Assembly: GCF_964355755.1 (NCBI RefSeq)
Contig: NC_092676.1
Span: forward strand, 17,130,871 to 17,194,870
DNA length: 64,000 nt
Source of the DNA: Antedon mediterranea
Taxonomy: Eukaryota > Animalia > Echinodermata
Direction: 5' to 3'
A program made the translations under genes and the position numbers. The notes under the pieces are model-generated. The model was not told the DNA's origin and ran no database searches. It worked only from the letters and a program-made list of their open reading frames with translations. Shown in pieces: positions 52,092-64,000 of this stretch. Within the stretch, counting starts at the first letter, position 1, and the number at the start of each line of letters is the position of its first letter.

Positions 52092-52352
52092 ATATTTTGT
52101 GAAAACTTGGCGATTGATGCAAAGGTAGTAATTAAATCAGGAAGTGGTTTGACTGTACCTGAATGGTTGATCTCATTAGGTCTACCCATGTATACGAGAC
52201 CATTCATGGACCATGGCTGGGATGAACTTCATATTGTAATCAACATGGACGTGGATGACTTGAAGACATGCGGCGTCAACGACCCTAGACATATACGAAG
52301 ACTGAAATCTGCGTTAGAGCAGATGAGAGTTCAAGAATCAAGAAACTATTAG
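52092..52352 (+). CDS. SASH1: SASH1-like last coding exon: C-terminal SAM2 (TVPEWLISLGLPMYTRPFMDHGWDEL...RHIRRLKSALEQ) + stop
   Basis: tcttttag|, phase 0, same frame as ORF 52107..52352, TAG stop. Confidence 0.95.
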   Translation: MFCENLAIDAKVVIKSGSGLTVPEWLISLGLPMYTRPFMDHGWDELHIVINMDVDDLKTCGVNDPRHIRRLKSALEQMRVQESRNY

Positions 52353-53567
52353 GATTTTATTTTTAAACAGGTGCTTATTGTGTGGGGTTGACATAATATT
52401 TAGTAAAACAAATTCTGGATAAACACAATAAGTGATAATAGTAACTAATTATCATTTGAATGTTTTTTAAGAAAACCATATTTTATTTTAATCCGAGTTT
52501 TATAATTTTTATTTGTAACTTATTTGTTTATATGCTTTACATGATAGCTGTATAATTCTTATTTGTACATATTGGAATTTTCAAACAAAATGGAAACATC
52601 TCCATTATTTTAATCTAATACGGTTTTAACAGTCTATATGTGTTGTATATTTTATATAGAAAAATGTGTTAAGTGACTTTCAGTCAATCTATGTGCCAAC
52701 ATTACAATGACCAATGTGTTTACCCTAATGTTCTATATGATGAAGTTCACATCATATTTTATTCATATCATATTTTATTCCAACAATTTGTGAAGAATTT
52801 TTCCTTTATCTTCATCATTTTTTTTTTAGTTTTTAAACTTGATTTACCAACAAGTTTTAAAGTTATAAGACATGTGCGTAAATTTAAATTTATTTCTGAA
52901 CTGAATGTGTCAATATTAATATTCAATATAAAGATTTTGATGAAAGTAACATATAATAACTGATTTTAAATATTTTTTTTAAACACTGAATTAGTTATTT
53001 TGATATTTTACATACAAATTATAATTGTCACTTGATTTGAGTCATCTTTAATAATATTAAAAATAATCACATTCCCTTTAGTGGGTTATTTTAAATAGTA
53101 AAAACAGTTTGAAATCGTGAGTATCGATAGACAATACGATTTAAACAAAACAGTAAGATCCTATAGTGCTCTGTTTTTTTTTATGGTAACTATAAATTAC
53201 CTTGTTTAATGCCTTTGCTTATTTCGGGAACCCAGATTTTAAAATCTTGCTGAAACTTGGTGCGAAACATCAATAGGCAAGAAGCCTCTGTTTTTTGTTG
53301 TTTTTTTTTCTATTTAAAGTATACCTTCATTTAATGCCTCTTTTCATATCTCTATCTGAACCTAAATCTTTCTGAAACTCGGTGCCAAACATTTTTGTTA
53401 AAATTGTGTTTGTTCCAAATAATATATTTTATATACAAAAAAACATTGTATTGTTGAAGTTTTTAACTAACTAAGATCCCTTTTCAATTCAACTTATTTA
53501 AATTTAAGTGATTGATAATGTACCAAAAACGAAAAAAATATTTTATTTAATCATAACTTTAACTTAA

Positions 53568-54117
53568 AGATGTATTGTCCCTTGAAACACAAAAAATGAA
53601 AAAAAAAAAATATTCTAAATTTAAATTGGCCATATCAAAGTAATATTAAAGTTATTCACTTTAAGTCGAAAATTCAAGCCAAAAACAACAAGTTTACATA
53701 ATTAACAGGTAAATTAATTAGATTACATTTCGTCTGGGAAATCGTCACAAGCAAAAGTAAACAAAGATTTCAAACCATGAGTATGCATTATGCATGATGC
53801 TAATTAGGATTGTTTACAACTCGTCACGGTTGAGAAAGTGTTTTCACACAGATCGCGAGGAAGTTTTATGATTATGCATACAGAGTAGCCAAACAAGCGC
53901 GTTGCATTATGAGATATGTTGTGATTGAAAACTTTGACTGGAAGTCAAAGTTATTTTTTGAACAAAAAAACATCTGTATTTCGGTTAAATTATTTTTTTT
54001 TTTCGACTAATTTTTGGTGAAAGTTAATAACTCTTATGATACTTCAAAATGACCCACTTTTTTTTTTAATTAAAAAAAAAAATGTTTTTTGGAATTAGTC
54101 AAAGGGACAATACATCT
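53568..54117. mobile_element. TTAA-flanked non-autonomous DNA transposon (Kolobok-like)
   Basis: ttaa|agatgtattgtccct ... agggacaatacatct|ttaa. Confidence 0.85.
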
Positions 54118-55137
54118 TTAAGTATATTAAAGAATATTCATAATCGTATCATATCATACATCAGCAAAACGACTTTATATTGCGAAAGGTTTATTTTGCT
54201 TTGAAGTTATAGGTTGTTTCCATTCCATTTAATTATTAAATATTTAATTTAATTTCAACATTCACAAACTGAACTTTTAGAAGTCATTCCATCAATTATT
54301 GAAACTGTTTTTCAATTGTTAATTGACAAGAGTGTTAAACCAACGGATGTGATATATTTGTTTACGTTTTTACTTTTAAAAATAATTCATTTTGAATTTT
54401 TTAAATAAGCCTTTCATATCTAATAGACACGAGTGCTAAAATATATATGCATTTTTACTTTATGTTTTCAAATGAAATTTCCTTTGAATTATTGAAATCC
54501 TTTTTTTGTTTAATCCTTTTCATGTTAATATATCATGTCTTTTTAAAAAGTTAACGTCATAATATATTCGTTAGACCAAACGAAATCATGTCATCTTTTA
54601 TTTATTCATTTAAATCTATTCAAATTAGCAATATTGAAAACTTATACTGAAAAGTCATGTTTTTAAACATTGCCAACAGACACGGTTTAGACTTTTACGT
54701 TATGTTTTATGTTACAAAATTAATTAAAAAGTTATTTTGTGTTTTTGCTTTACCAACTGCGACTATTTGTGATATTTCACAGTTCACTATTAAAATAACC
54801 TTTCATAAAATAATGAATAATGAATACTATTTAATTCAGCCAAGTGTTGGCTTACTGTAAGAAAGGTCATTGGTTCGGTTACTACTAGATGTCTTTTTTT
54901 TCCTATTATTTAAGCTGTAGTGTGTGTTTTTTTTTTTTTATTATTATTTTTCATTAAGCCTGTTTTCAACAACGGAAAAAATATTCGCGCTAATCTATAA
55001 TGTTTTAACGGCGAAAAAAAAAATGCGATTTTTCATTTCGATCGCGTGTCTGCTGCTATTTGATTCGCATGAGTACTCCCGAACGCATGAAAATCAATTC
55101 ATGAGCTCTGGTTAGTTGCGCAATTTTGTCGGGCTTA

Positions 55138-55624
55138 AGCCTGATTTTCACTAGGCGAATTTATTGTCACGAATCCAATGAAAAATAATCGCGCTATCCT
55201 TTCACCCAAGAGCGATTCTCATTTCCATTGTATGTCTGCTGAGTTTTTCGATTCACATAAGTGTTCATGAACGACGTCACGACTTTTTTACTGAGCTCTG
55301 ATTAGTTGCGAAATGTTTCGCTTTGCAAAAAGTAGAAACAAACGAACAAACTACCGATTTCGCTGAAATTAAAAACTCAAACAACTAGAATTGGTCACAG
55401 AAAGGGATTTGGAAATGGAAGAATATGTTAATTATGTCGGTCAATTATTCTTTTCGCGACAAGTACTGTAAAAAACACACCGGTTTAGGCATTAGACCTA
55501 CCTAGTTCATTAGTGTTTACTCACGCATAACGGATTGTAACTAGCGCCATCACAGAAATACGCATAATATTATGCTGACGCTTTTGATTAGCGCGAATAA
55601 ATTCACCTAGTGGAAAGAAAGGCT
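55138..55624. mobile_element. Harbinger-like MITE, preceded by a partial related copy (~54957-55134)
   Basis: TIR agcctgattttcactaggcgaatttatt / aataaattcacctagtggaaagaaaggct; internal tgagctctg(g/a)ttagttgcg present in both copies. Confidence 0.6.
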
Positions 55625-56066
55625 TCAGGGAAGCACTAGTTGTGTCACAATACATTTGCCATAGTTAGATATTGTAAAGCCTTATTCTTTCAAGTAGTAA
55701 TGTGAATATGTTTCGTACTTCAGTGAATACATCAGATTTAATTTACAATTCGAGAAAAAGAATTAAAAACATAACTTAAGCTACAAATTAATGTATTCAA
55801 TAACAATGGTATTCTTGAGGTTTTTCCACTCTCAGACTAGATAGTTGTCAGTTTGGTTATGCTGTGTTTGTAGACTCATATGTCCTCCCGTTCAAAGTTA
55901 AGCACGTGTTTTGTTTTTGAAATTTGAATTGAATTTTTAGAAAATAATATCACATTTTTTTTAAAATAAAACTATCTTCATAATATTATTACATACAATA
56001 TATTCAATCTTGATAAAATAGTTTTAAGCCATATCCCATTAAACTGCCGTAGTCACATCACTGTTA

Positions 56067-56205
56067 AGCTCTGTCTACACTATCACACTTTATGTGACAA
56101 CAAAATGTGATGTGGCCATAATGGACACGATGATGTCATATCACTACCATATTTAGACATATCACACTTTTTTTGTCAAACTAGTTTGATAGTGTAAACA
56201 GAGCT
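56067..56205. mobile_element. Tourist/Harbinger-like MITE family A
   Basis: tta|agctctgtctacactatca ... tgatagtgtaaacagagct|tta. Confidence 0.85.
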
Positions 56206-57799
56206 TTAGGTCTACTGTTGTTTTATCTACTGAAATGAAAGAAAAGAACAATTGTGTAGTGACGTCTATGCCGTTGGTTAATGCAGTAGGATATCGGTTG
56301 CAATGATCGTGACAACAATAAATACGCAACTATAATATATGCTTACAGTTCCTTTAAGTTGGTGGGATACTGTAAGGTAATCAAAATTACATGCACATGC
56401 TACCTATGGTGTTATTTTACATTTTAGCAAATCAAATTAACTTAATATCTGGTAACAGAATCGCATTTAAAAGGTTTTTAGAACAAATTGATGGTTTAAA
56501 TTTCATAGCCGCGAACTCAATCAATCATATAACGCACTGTGTACTTTTATAGAAATATTAAAATGAATTGAGAAGTGAAAACTAATAGATATTTTTCCGT
56601 ATCAAACACTATTATGACGAATTGAATTAATTCATTTATAAGAGGTAGGCCTATTGTATTTCTATTCAAATTAAAGTTTTAAATTATTTTTTTCATTAGA
56701 AATAAAACGGAAATAGTTACATCGGATATTGAATCGCTAATATATAGGTTGACACAAGTGTTTATCATTTTCAAAAACGAATTTAAATTAAAAACCTGGT
56801 AGGTATAACATCAAATCTGACCTTTAAATCATAAAGAAATGTATTTCTATTCAAGCTAAAGTTTTAAAACATAAAACATAAAGTTTTCTTGAAACGCTAA
56901 TATTTTTTCACAAAAGAAATTTAAATCATAATTATATTCAGAACTTGCCCTTAAAGCATAATGCAATATTAAATCGAAATATATGAGACGCTGTAAATTC
57001 ACTTTAACCTATCGTTAAATAATGTATCGACCTTGTATAACTATTACGGATGCGTTTTGAATTGATAGACTCGTTTAAAATGAATATCCATCGGTAAATC
57101 GAATTTTATTATTCTTTTTTACAAAGCCGTTGTAATATTAGTTAATGTAAGGAAAGTGTAAACTGAGAATAATGTGAACCGACGTCACACCCGCCGAACC
57201 ATGTTAATGAATGCATTCGGTAAAAAATCAGACGAGTGATCCATCAATAGGAATAATATTCAGTTGCGTTTATTCAAAATTGAAAATTGGTTACAAAATT
57301 ATGGGCTGCATAATCCAAGAAATAATGCGAGTAAACGTTATACTCTTCAGTATCATCCTTGATCCATGCTATAAGATGCTTTTTTTTTTGCTAATATGAC
57401 ATAATCATATCTTTTCCCAATTGTTCTTTGTTACCATATTCCATAAATAAATAAACGAAGTTGAAAACAATACACCAACACAAAAGGAAAAAAGCACCAC
57501 ATGGCAACAGCCACATTTTAAAATTGTAGTGCGTTAACATATTCTGTAGTTTGCAAGTACAGTACAAGTAAAATATTTGGATAACATGTAATTTGTAAAA
57601 TTCACCAAAGCTAATAACGTAGTTGTTACTGTTACTTCAAGCACAATATATAGATTTCTACAAAATGTTTTAACCATCCATTAAAATGAATGTGCCCAAA
57701 ATGTATCCTATGCGTGGTAGTTAAAACTGTTTCCAATTTCCGATTTTCGGCTATGTTCAACATTTGTTAACAGAATATGATTATAAAGTGGCTTCACTG

Positions 57800-58720
57800 T
57801 CTATAGGACTAGTTACAATCTATATGGTTGCAAGCGTCTGTTAGGCTCATAGCTACACATTCTTTCTATGATTACAAATTACAGTACAAATACGAATATT
57901 GCCAAATATCTTTCAGTTATATGTATTGCAGTTAGTTACAAATATTACCTACATCCGTGGTTATAATAATGTTTCCCATACAATAGGCCTACTTACAAAT
58001 GTTGCGAAGATCTATGGTAACACATTTCGTTTAGATCCACAGTTACATGATTACAGAATGTTGACCACTTACTTATGTAGACCATGTTTTCCACTTTTGT
58101 ACAGTAGTTAAAATGTTACCAACAAATTTGTTTCAATATCAGTAGTACAAATGTTGCCAAGACATGTGGTTACAAATATCGATGTGAATCATCTTCTGAT
58201 TATAAATTACATTATTGTTGCCAAGATAAATGGTGCCAAACCTTTTAAAATGTTTCCAAATAGGTTAAAGGTCACAGACACATAATGTTGTCAAGATCTG
58301 TTGCTACAATTATTTGATTACAATACAATATTATTGCCAACAATCTACCATGTTTACATTTTGCATAGATGTAATGGCTACAATTGTTGTTTAATCTGTA
58401 TTTCCAAAATGTCTCCAAGATCTTTAGTAACATAAATGTGTCTTAAGTGCTATGGCTAAAAATACTGTGAATATCTTTGACTTTAAATTTGTTCAAGATC
58501 TTTGACTGTAAATGTTGTCATGTTCATGGCCACAAATGATCTATGACTAAATTATTTCAAGGCTACAAATGTTGCCAAGTATTATCAAGTTATATGGCTA
58601 TAATAAGTGTTAGATCTATGAATACAAATTGTCAAGATCTGGTTGGTTATCCTGTATCCAATATATATTGTTGTATGATTTCAAGATATAACTACCAATG
58701 TTTTCTGATCTACAGTTGAA
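57800..58720. repeat. highly degenerate minisatellite, consensus about ggttacaaatgttgccaagatctat
   Basis: Recurrent tacaaatgttgc, caagatct and tggttaca motifs. Confidence 0.65.
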
Positions 58721-59111
58721 CATTTTTCTACGGGTTTGTTATGTAATGGTAATTGATTTTACGTAGGTTCTCTTGGTCATCTCATTGAACACGTCTCCTT
58801 TATTCTGTGAGTTACTAAAATGCAGACCTTTATTCAAATTTAATATATCTAAAAATAACCCACATTTAAAATCTTGGTCACGTAGTCTGTTTATTATTAC
58901 AATACAATGTGAGATTAACAGATAACTCGTATGTACATAGAGAAAGAAAGATTGTGATTGCTAATAACATTTCAATTTTATAGTTTACGAAATAGGCCTA
59001 TTTGCATATATTTGTAATGTCGAAATCGAATAGAAAAATCATCTCGACAACCTGTAGTATAACGACTTACTATAATAAAGTAAAACCTTAAAAAAATATT
59101 CGTCGGAACTT

Positions 59112-59256
59112 AAGCTTGGTTTCCACAAGAACGCAACGCAACGCAATGACGTAAGCGAAACGTAAGTAATTTGGCCAATCACAAGCGATGGATTATCCAA
59201 ACTCTGTCGTTTATCATTGGTCAATTTGCTTGCGTTGCGCATACGTTCTTAAGCTT
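59112..59256. mobile_element. MITE family B, partial copy
   Basis: agcttggtttccacaagaacgcaacgcaacgcaa...ccaatcacaagcgatgg...cattggtcaatttgcttgcgttgcg. Confidence 0.75.
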
Positions 59257-60264
59257 TAAACATGCTGTATTTTAACAATAGAATAATTCAACAGGTGTCT
59301 TATCAGCTGCTACAGCGTAACGTACCGTACTTGTATACAGAAGTTTCAAATAGTTGTATTTGTTCTTTTATTTGTTTTTAACTCAAAATAATTATGATTT
59401 AGAAGTTTTATTTTACTTTTTTTGGATGATTAGTGGGTGATATTAAATAAATAATAATTACATAATTATTTTTGTTTTTGGTTATTTTTTTTCCTGAACT
59501 GGATTGTAAATAGGTTTAATGAAACAAACTATAAATGTTGAAGTTTTTATTTATCAAATTATTTAAAAATATTATACTTTTTTAAATTACAATATATTTC
59601 CTTTTTTTAAATTAAAAGTATTCCTCAAAGTGTTACGTTAGGTTTGCATCTTTTAAGATCATTTAATTTTTTTAGTTTAAGGTAAAATCTGATTCTTAAA
59701 AAAATTAATGCAAATCAGATAAATATGTGACTGATATACATATGGGAAAAGCATGCCTACGAAGAAATGTAGGTCTAGGTAGTGGTATTATATGTGTTTC
59801 TTCGAAAGCAGTAATTGTGTGTTGTAAGGTAAAATTGTAAAATATACCCTTGAAAACTATATTATATGTGTTTTACTCCTGTATGAAAATAACATTGTCT
59901 ATTAAAATATGAGTAAAAATACTCCGACAAAGAGAAATATGGACCCACATCTGACTGATGGATCGTTATTTTGTTTTATGACATTTTCAATGATTTCTGT
60001 GTGAATGCATTGATGACGTATGTAGGTTCAAGTGTTTGCTATAATTATAATTATTCCAATGGGAAAAATGTTCATCTTTGCAGTTTCTTTCAAATATGTG
60101 TTCTAATTATATCTATTCCTGAATCAGCAGTGTACCTAGAAATCAGAAGCCTAGCAAGGCTTACTTTAGTCAAAAGTAAAAACAATTTATTGTATCCAAT
60201 TCCAATCCGTAACATCTTTCGCTAAAAATACGTTTAAAGGGGAGCTCCGGGTTTAACTGTTTAA

Positions 60265-60598
60265 AGACGTATTTTACACATTTTGTTTTCTTCAAAATTT
60301 TGGTTGAATACCGGTATGCCATATTAATGTCACAATAGTCCATCCATTTTGACCAAAAATGTATCGAAAAGAAATTTATTTAGGCTTATCTGAAAAAAGC
60401 TGTAACTTAAAGCAAAAATTGGCTGCCAGCCAATGGGTTTTTGTGGTTGAATTTAACCATTTATTTGGTCATTTTATAAGTGAAAACATTGGGTTTTATA
60501 CTGGAAGTGATTAACTTTATTAAAACTACAAAATAAGCTATTCAAAGTATTATATAATTAATCTTTATTTTTCATGTTTTTTGGGAGACAATACATCT
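60265..60598. mobile_element. TTAA-flanked Kolobok-like element, inverted relative to 49383-49595
   Basis: ttaa|agacgtatt ... ggagacaatacatct|ttaa; internal ggaagtgattaactttattaaaactacaaaataa is the reverse complement of 49445-49478. Confidence 0.7.
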
Positions 60599-62835
60599 TT
60601 AAGTATTTTAAAAATAAAATAGAAACCTTTTCAACAACATTAAATACCACAAATACCACTTATTTTTCGACAGAGATGAATTATAATAACTAGCGGCGTG
60701 AAATAACCCTCTTTGAAAAAAGTTGAACAGTACTACAGACATTTATCGTAATCTTATAAGATAGGAAATTCACCAAAATATAAATTATGTAAATCTTATC
60801 TTAATCTTTGAAGCAGGGGCTACTCTTTAACCTGGTTGAACCAAACCTATAAATCGTAGGTCCGTGGTTTTCGCGAATAGGTTTCCTCATTTATGTTTCA
60901 TTTACTAAGTTCCCTAACTATTCCCACTTCAATTCTGTGTACAGTATTTATTTGTATACATTTTATAAAGGATTCAAAACACGTGGTTACGCTACTGACT
61001 GAATCAGATTGCAATTAGTGGTGAAATGGTAAATGAATGGTGGTTTTATCTAAATACGTTTTAATTCAACTATTTGGCGACTATAGTATTGACATTTAAA
61101 TAATTAAACATGACATGTAACATAGCGTCGTTTTCTAATTAAATTTTTCTACCCACGACATTGTTTAAAGTGGGTGTTTTAATCGTAAAATGAAATTCTA
61201 CAGTCCATTGGTATTTGCTCGCTTCCTCTGAAGCAACACATGTGTTTACGCTGTGTAGCTAAACTTTGAACCATAATTATTACAACCAAAACAACAAACA
61301 GATAACTGCACTAATAACAATCAGGTTTTGTGCAGACATTTGGCAACAAAAACTTTCCATTCTAATTGGATATTATCATTTCCATGATGTAGCAACACTA
61401 CTACACTACTACTGTTTTTGAAACGTTTGCCCACAGTAATGGTAGTTAAGATTTCTCGTTGGTACTTGCATGTTGAGTGTTGAGTCAAGCAAGCGAGCAA
61501 TGAAACTGAGGCACCACAGTCAGTTCAAGGACATACCTCCGACCAGTGGTAGAATAAGTCGTTAAAACCCCAGCACATCTCGAAAAGAGAAAAGGACCAT
61601 TTCAGCCTTTGTCGTTAATCATTGCATCGGGCTAAAGCAATCAGAAGTTGCCATAGTCAAATTAGACAAAAGAGGAATACCTTTATGACAACTTCAAATT
61701 TATTTAAATATTACAATTTACTTGCAATCAATTGGTTATGCCCAGGAGGAGGAAAACATAGGTTTTGAATGTTAATAAAGATACATTGACATTGAGATTT
61801 TGCTGACTGATTTACGTCAGCTACGCTAGCCAATTACGCCAACCAATTACGCTAGCCATACAAGGTCAGGTTCGTCAAAAAAAGATACCTATCATTTCCT
61901 ACTTCTCTATTTATTATTTAGAGCACAACATGTTTTTAGAATTATGTAGTCCTATATCATTAAGTTAGTGCTACCGGTGGTCAATGTATACAAGGCTGCA
62001 TCAAACACAGACCTAGGAAATTTTGCTATTGGTTGTAACTTGTTTTAAAAATTTACTTACACCTGTAGTTGTACTTGAAAATAATTTACAGCTCATTTGC
62101 ATAACTGTAGCTCAGACCATGCTAAAGCAATGTACATCTCGAAAATTTAACATAGGAAAAGTGAATTAAAAACAGGAAAGTTTTGATTTCGACAAGGCAA
62201 GAACGATTGTTAATGCTATAGCAAAACTAGAGGAAGGTTAAGAATATCAATTGAAAGTTTCTATGGATTTAATAATTATTCAATGTAGTGCAACACTTAT
62301 TGAACACCGGTGTCTACGAGTCTGCAAAATTAAGGTAAGGAACGATAGTTATGGAGTAACCCTAGTGTTAGAACGCTTCCGAAACATAGAGATTATGCCC
62401 TAGGTGTAGTTTATGCTCCCAAACAATAACTTGTCACTCTTCCGTGGTATTTTGTAGAATGTAAACTTTAGTTTCAATTAAAAACTTTAGGAACACATTA
62501 GGAAAATGTATAATGAATCAAAATCAATACAAAATGTTCACCTGTACAAAACGTTTTATTATACTACGCCCCTTATAGACGGCGGACGGTAACATTACAA
62601 TTACCATTCATTTCTAATTGAAAATAATTCCATCTTTCATATTTTTTCTCTTTTATTACAATTAATAAGCTTTTATGCATCAAACATTTACCACATACAA
62701 CGACACACTAACGTAATAAAACAACCTTTTTTTGGAACTACACACCTTTTCAAATTGTGTGCAAAGTATGTTTGCTAATCTAATAAAGAAATATAGACCT
62801 ATTCCGTATATTGTGGTATATAAAAAATCACTTAC

Positions 62836-63193
62836 ATGTTAAATTTGGGTAGAAATATTGAATTCTCCATTGGGATATCTCTAAACTTATCAAACTGCAA
62901 ACAACAGTAATGTATTTTCTTCTGTTTTTATCGGTTTATTAGAGATTTTGTCATGACATTTCGACAAACTTTCCAATATATTATTGGATGATTGATTATT
63001 GGTATTTGCGCAAAATATCCGTGATTCCCGATCGTCTGCATAAAGCTCGTTTCCGTCCCCAAATACGCATTGACTTCCATTACGCACTAAGTTCAAATGT
63101 CATGTTACCGATACAAAATGTATTTCTTTCTGATGTAATGTCAAGCTTACTCCAATTAAAGTTTAGTCACTTTATATGACTGGCTACGGTGGC
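62836..63193 (-). pseudogene. exon-like segment on the minus strand with stops in all frames (pseudogene, UTR or lncRNA exon)
   Basis: Minus strand ttttttacatgacatttgcag| ... aacat|gtaagt; contains the 68-aa ORF 62890..63096. Confidence 0.3.
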
Positions 63194-64000
63194 CTGCAAA
63201 TGTCATGTAAAAAAACCACGTGATATTTTTTTAAAGTTGTTGTGACACTTACAGACCATCGTAACTGCCACATAGTGACTTATAGAAGATTTTCAAATAT
63301 GTACAAAATGGTGACGTCGTTACACAGTAATGCTTATGTGTTTCTTGAGTTTTTCTAAACATTTGGCTTTTAACTTTAAGCAGAACAAAATAAACTATTT
63401 ATATTAAAATGTTATTTTAGATTGTTAGGAGTATAGTACTAGTTTCAGAAATATGAACTAGAGTGTTTTTCAAATTCACAAAAATAATATATTACATACT
63501 TTTATATTCACAAAATTTTGTTATTCATTTATACAGAAAATCGATCTCCTGGTGTAGTGAAAGAAAATAAAACAAGGGGACCAAACTATTCATTTTTTTT
63601 AAATGACACTGCTAAACATTTACTTAACCTCTGTGTAACTAAATTAGATCACTTTCCATTGTAGTTAGCACAAACACATGATTTTCCCTTTTTGCATGGC
63701 ATGCCACGGGCACCGGTACATCTTGTCTGAAAACAGCAATTATGTGCTCCAAAATAGTTTACTGTGCATGTTTTGCCATACGTTAAACACTGAAAATAAA
63801 AATAAAACAATTAGGTCATTAACACAACTCACCTTTATCAAATCGATAATAATCACATGATACATGATCGTTTATTTGTTTGTTATAACTTTACTTTATT
63901 TATTCGAATAAACGCCTGTGCGTATATTGTTCAGGAGGGTTTTTAAGTGGGAGTTTATTCAAGGAAGGCTAAATGCTTAGTAATTATCCAAAAGATCCAA

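Noticed and set aside
52353-53500. Polyadenylation site of the SASH1-like gene
   Set aside because: The sequence is very AT-rich and no single signal stands out; it cannot be placed without transcript data.

Overview
This is AT-rich eukaryotic (invertebrate animal) genomic DNA; the repeat landscape suggests an echinoderm, but that is inference. The window is dominated by one + strand multi-exon gene, a SASH1/SLy-family scaffold. I assembled 16 coding exons by hand (8997-52352, all GT-AG, phases compatible), giving 3105 nt and a 1034-aa 5'-incomplete ORF. Its domain order is SASH1 N-terminal motif, SLY-like region, SH3, SAM, long low-complexity region, conserved pre-SAM module, C-terminal SAM. 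The start exon was not found and probably lies upstream of the window. The introns and 3' flank hold many transposon relics: a PIF/Harbinger deletion derivative with a Myb/SANT remnant, two non-autonomous Helitrons, several MITE families, SINE and LINE fragments, and minisatellites. The long ORFs at 14.9-16.6 kb come from a stop-free 25-bp tandem repeat and are not genes. No prokaryotic-type system (CRISPR, operon) is present. The most interesting observations are an internally repeated protein module predicting an upstream SAMD5-like part, local duplications that multiply real splice sites, and TA-flanked micro-insertions that look like stacked transposon excision footprints. Comparisons to human proteins and TE families are from memory, not from database searches.
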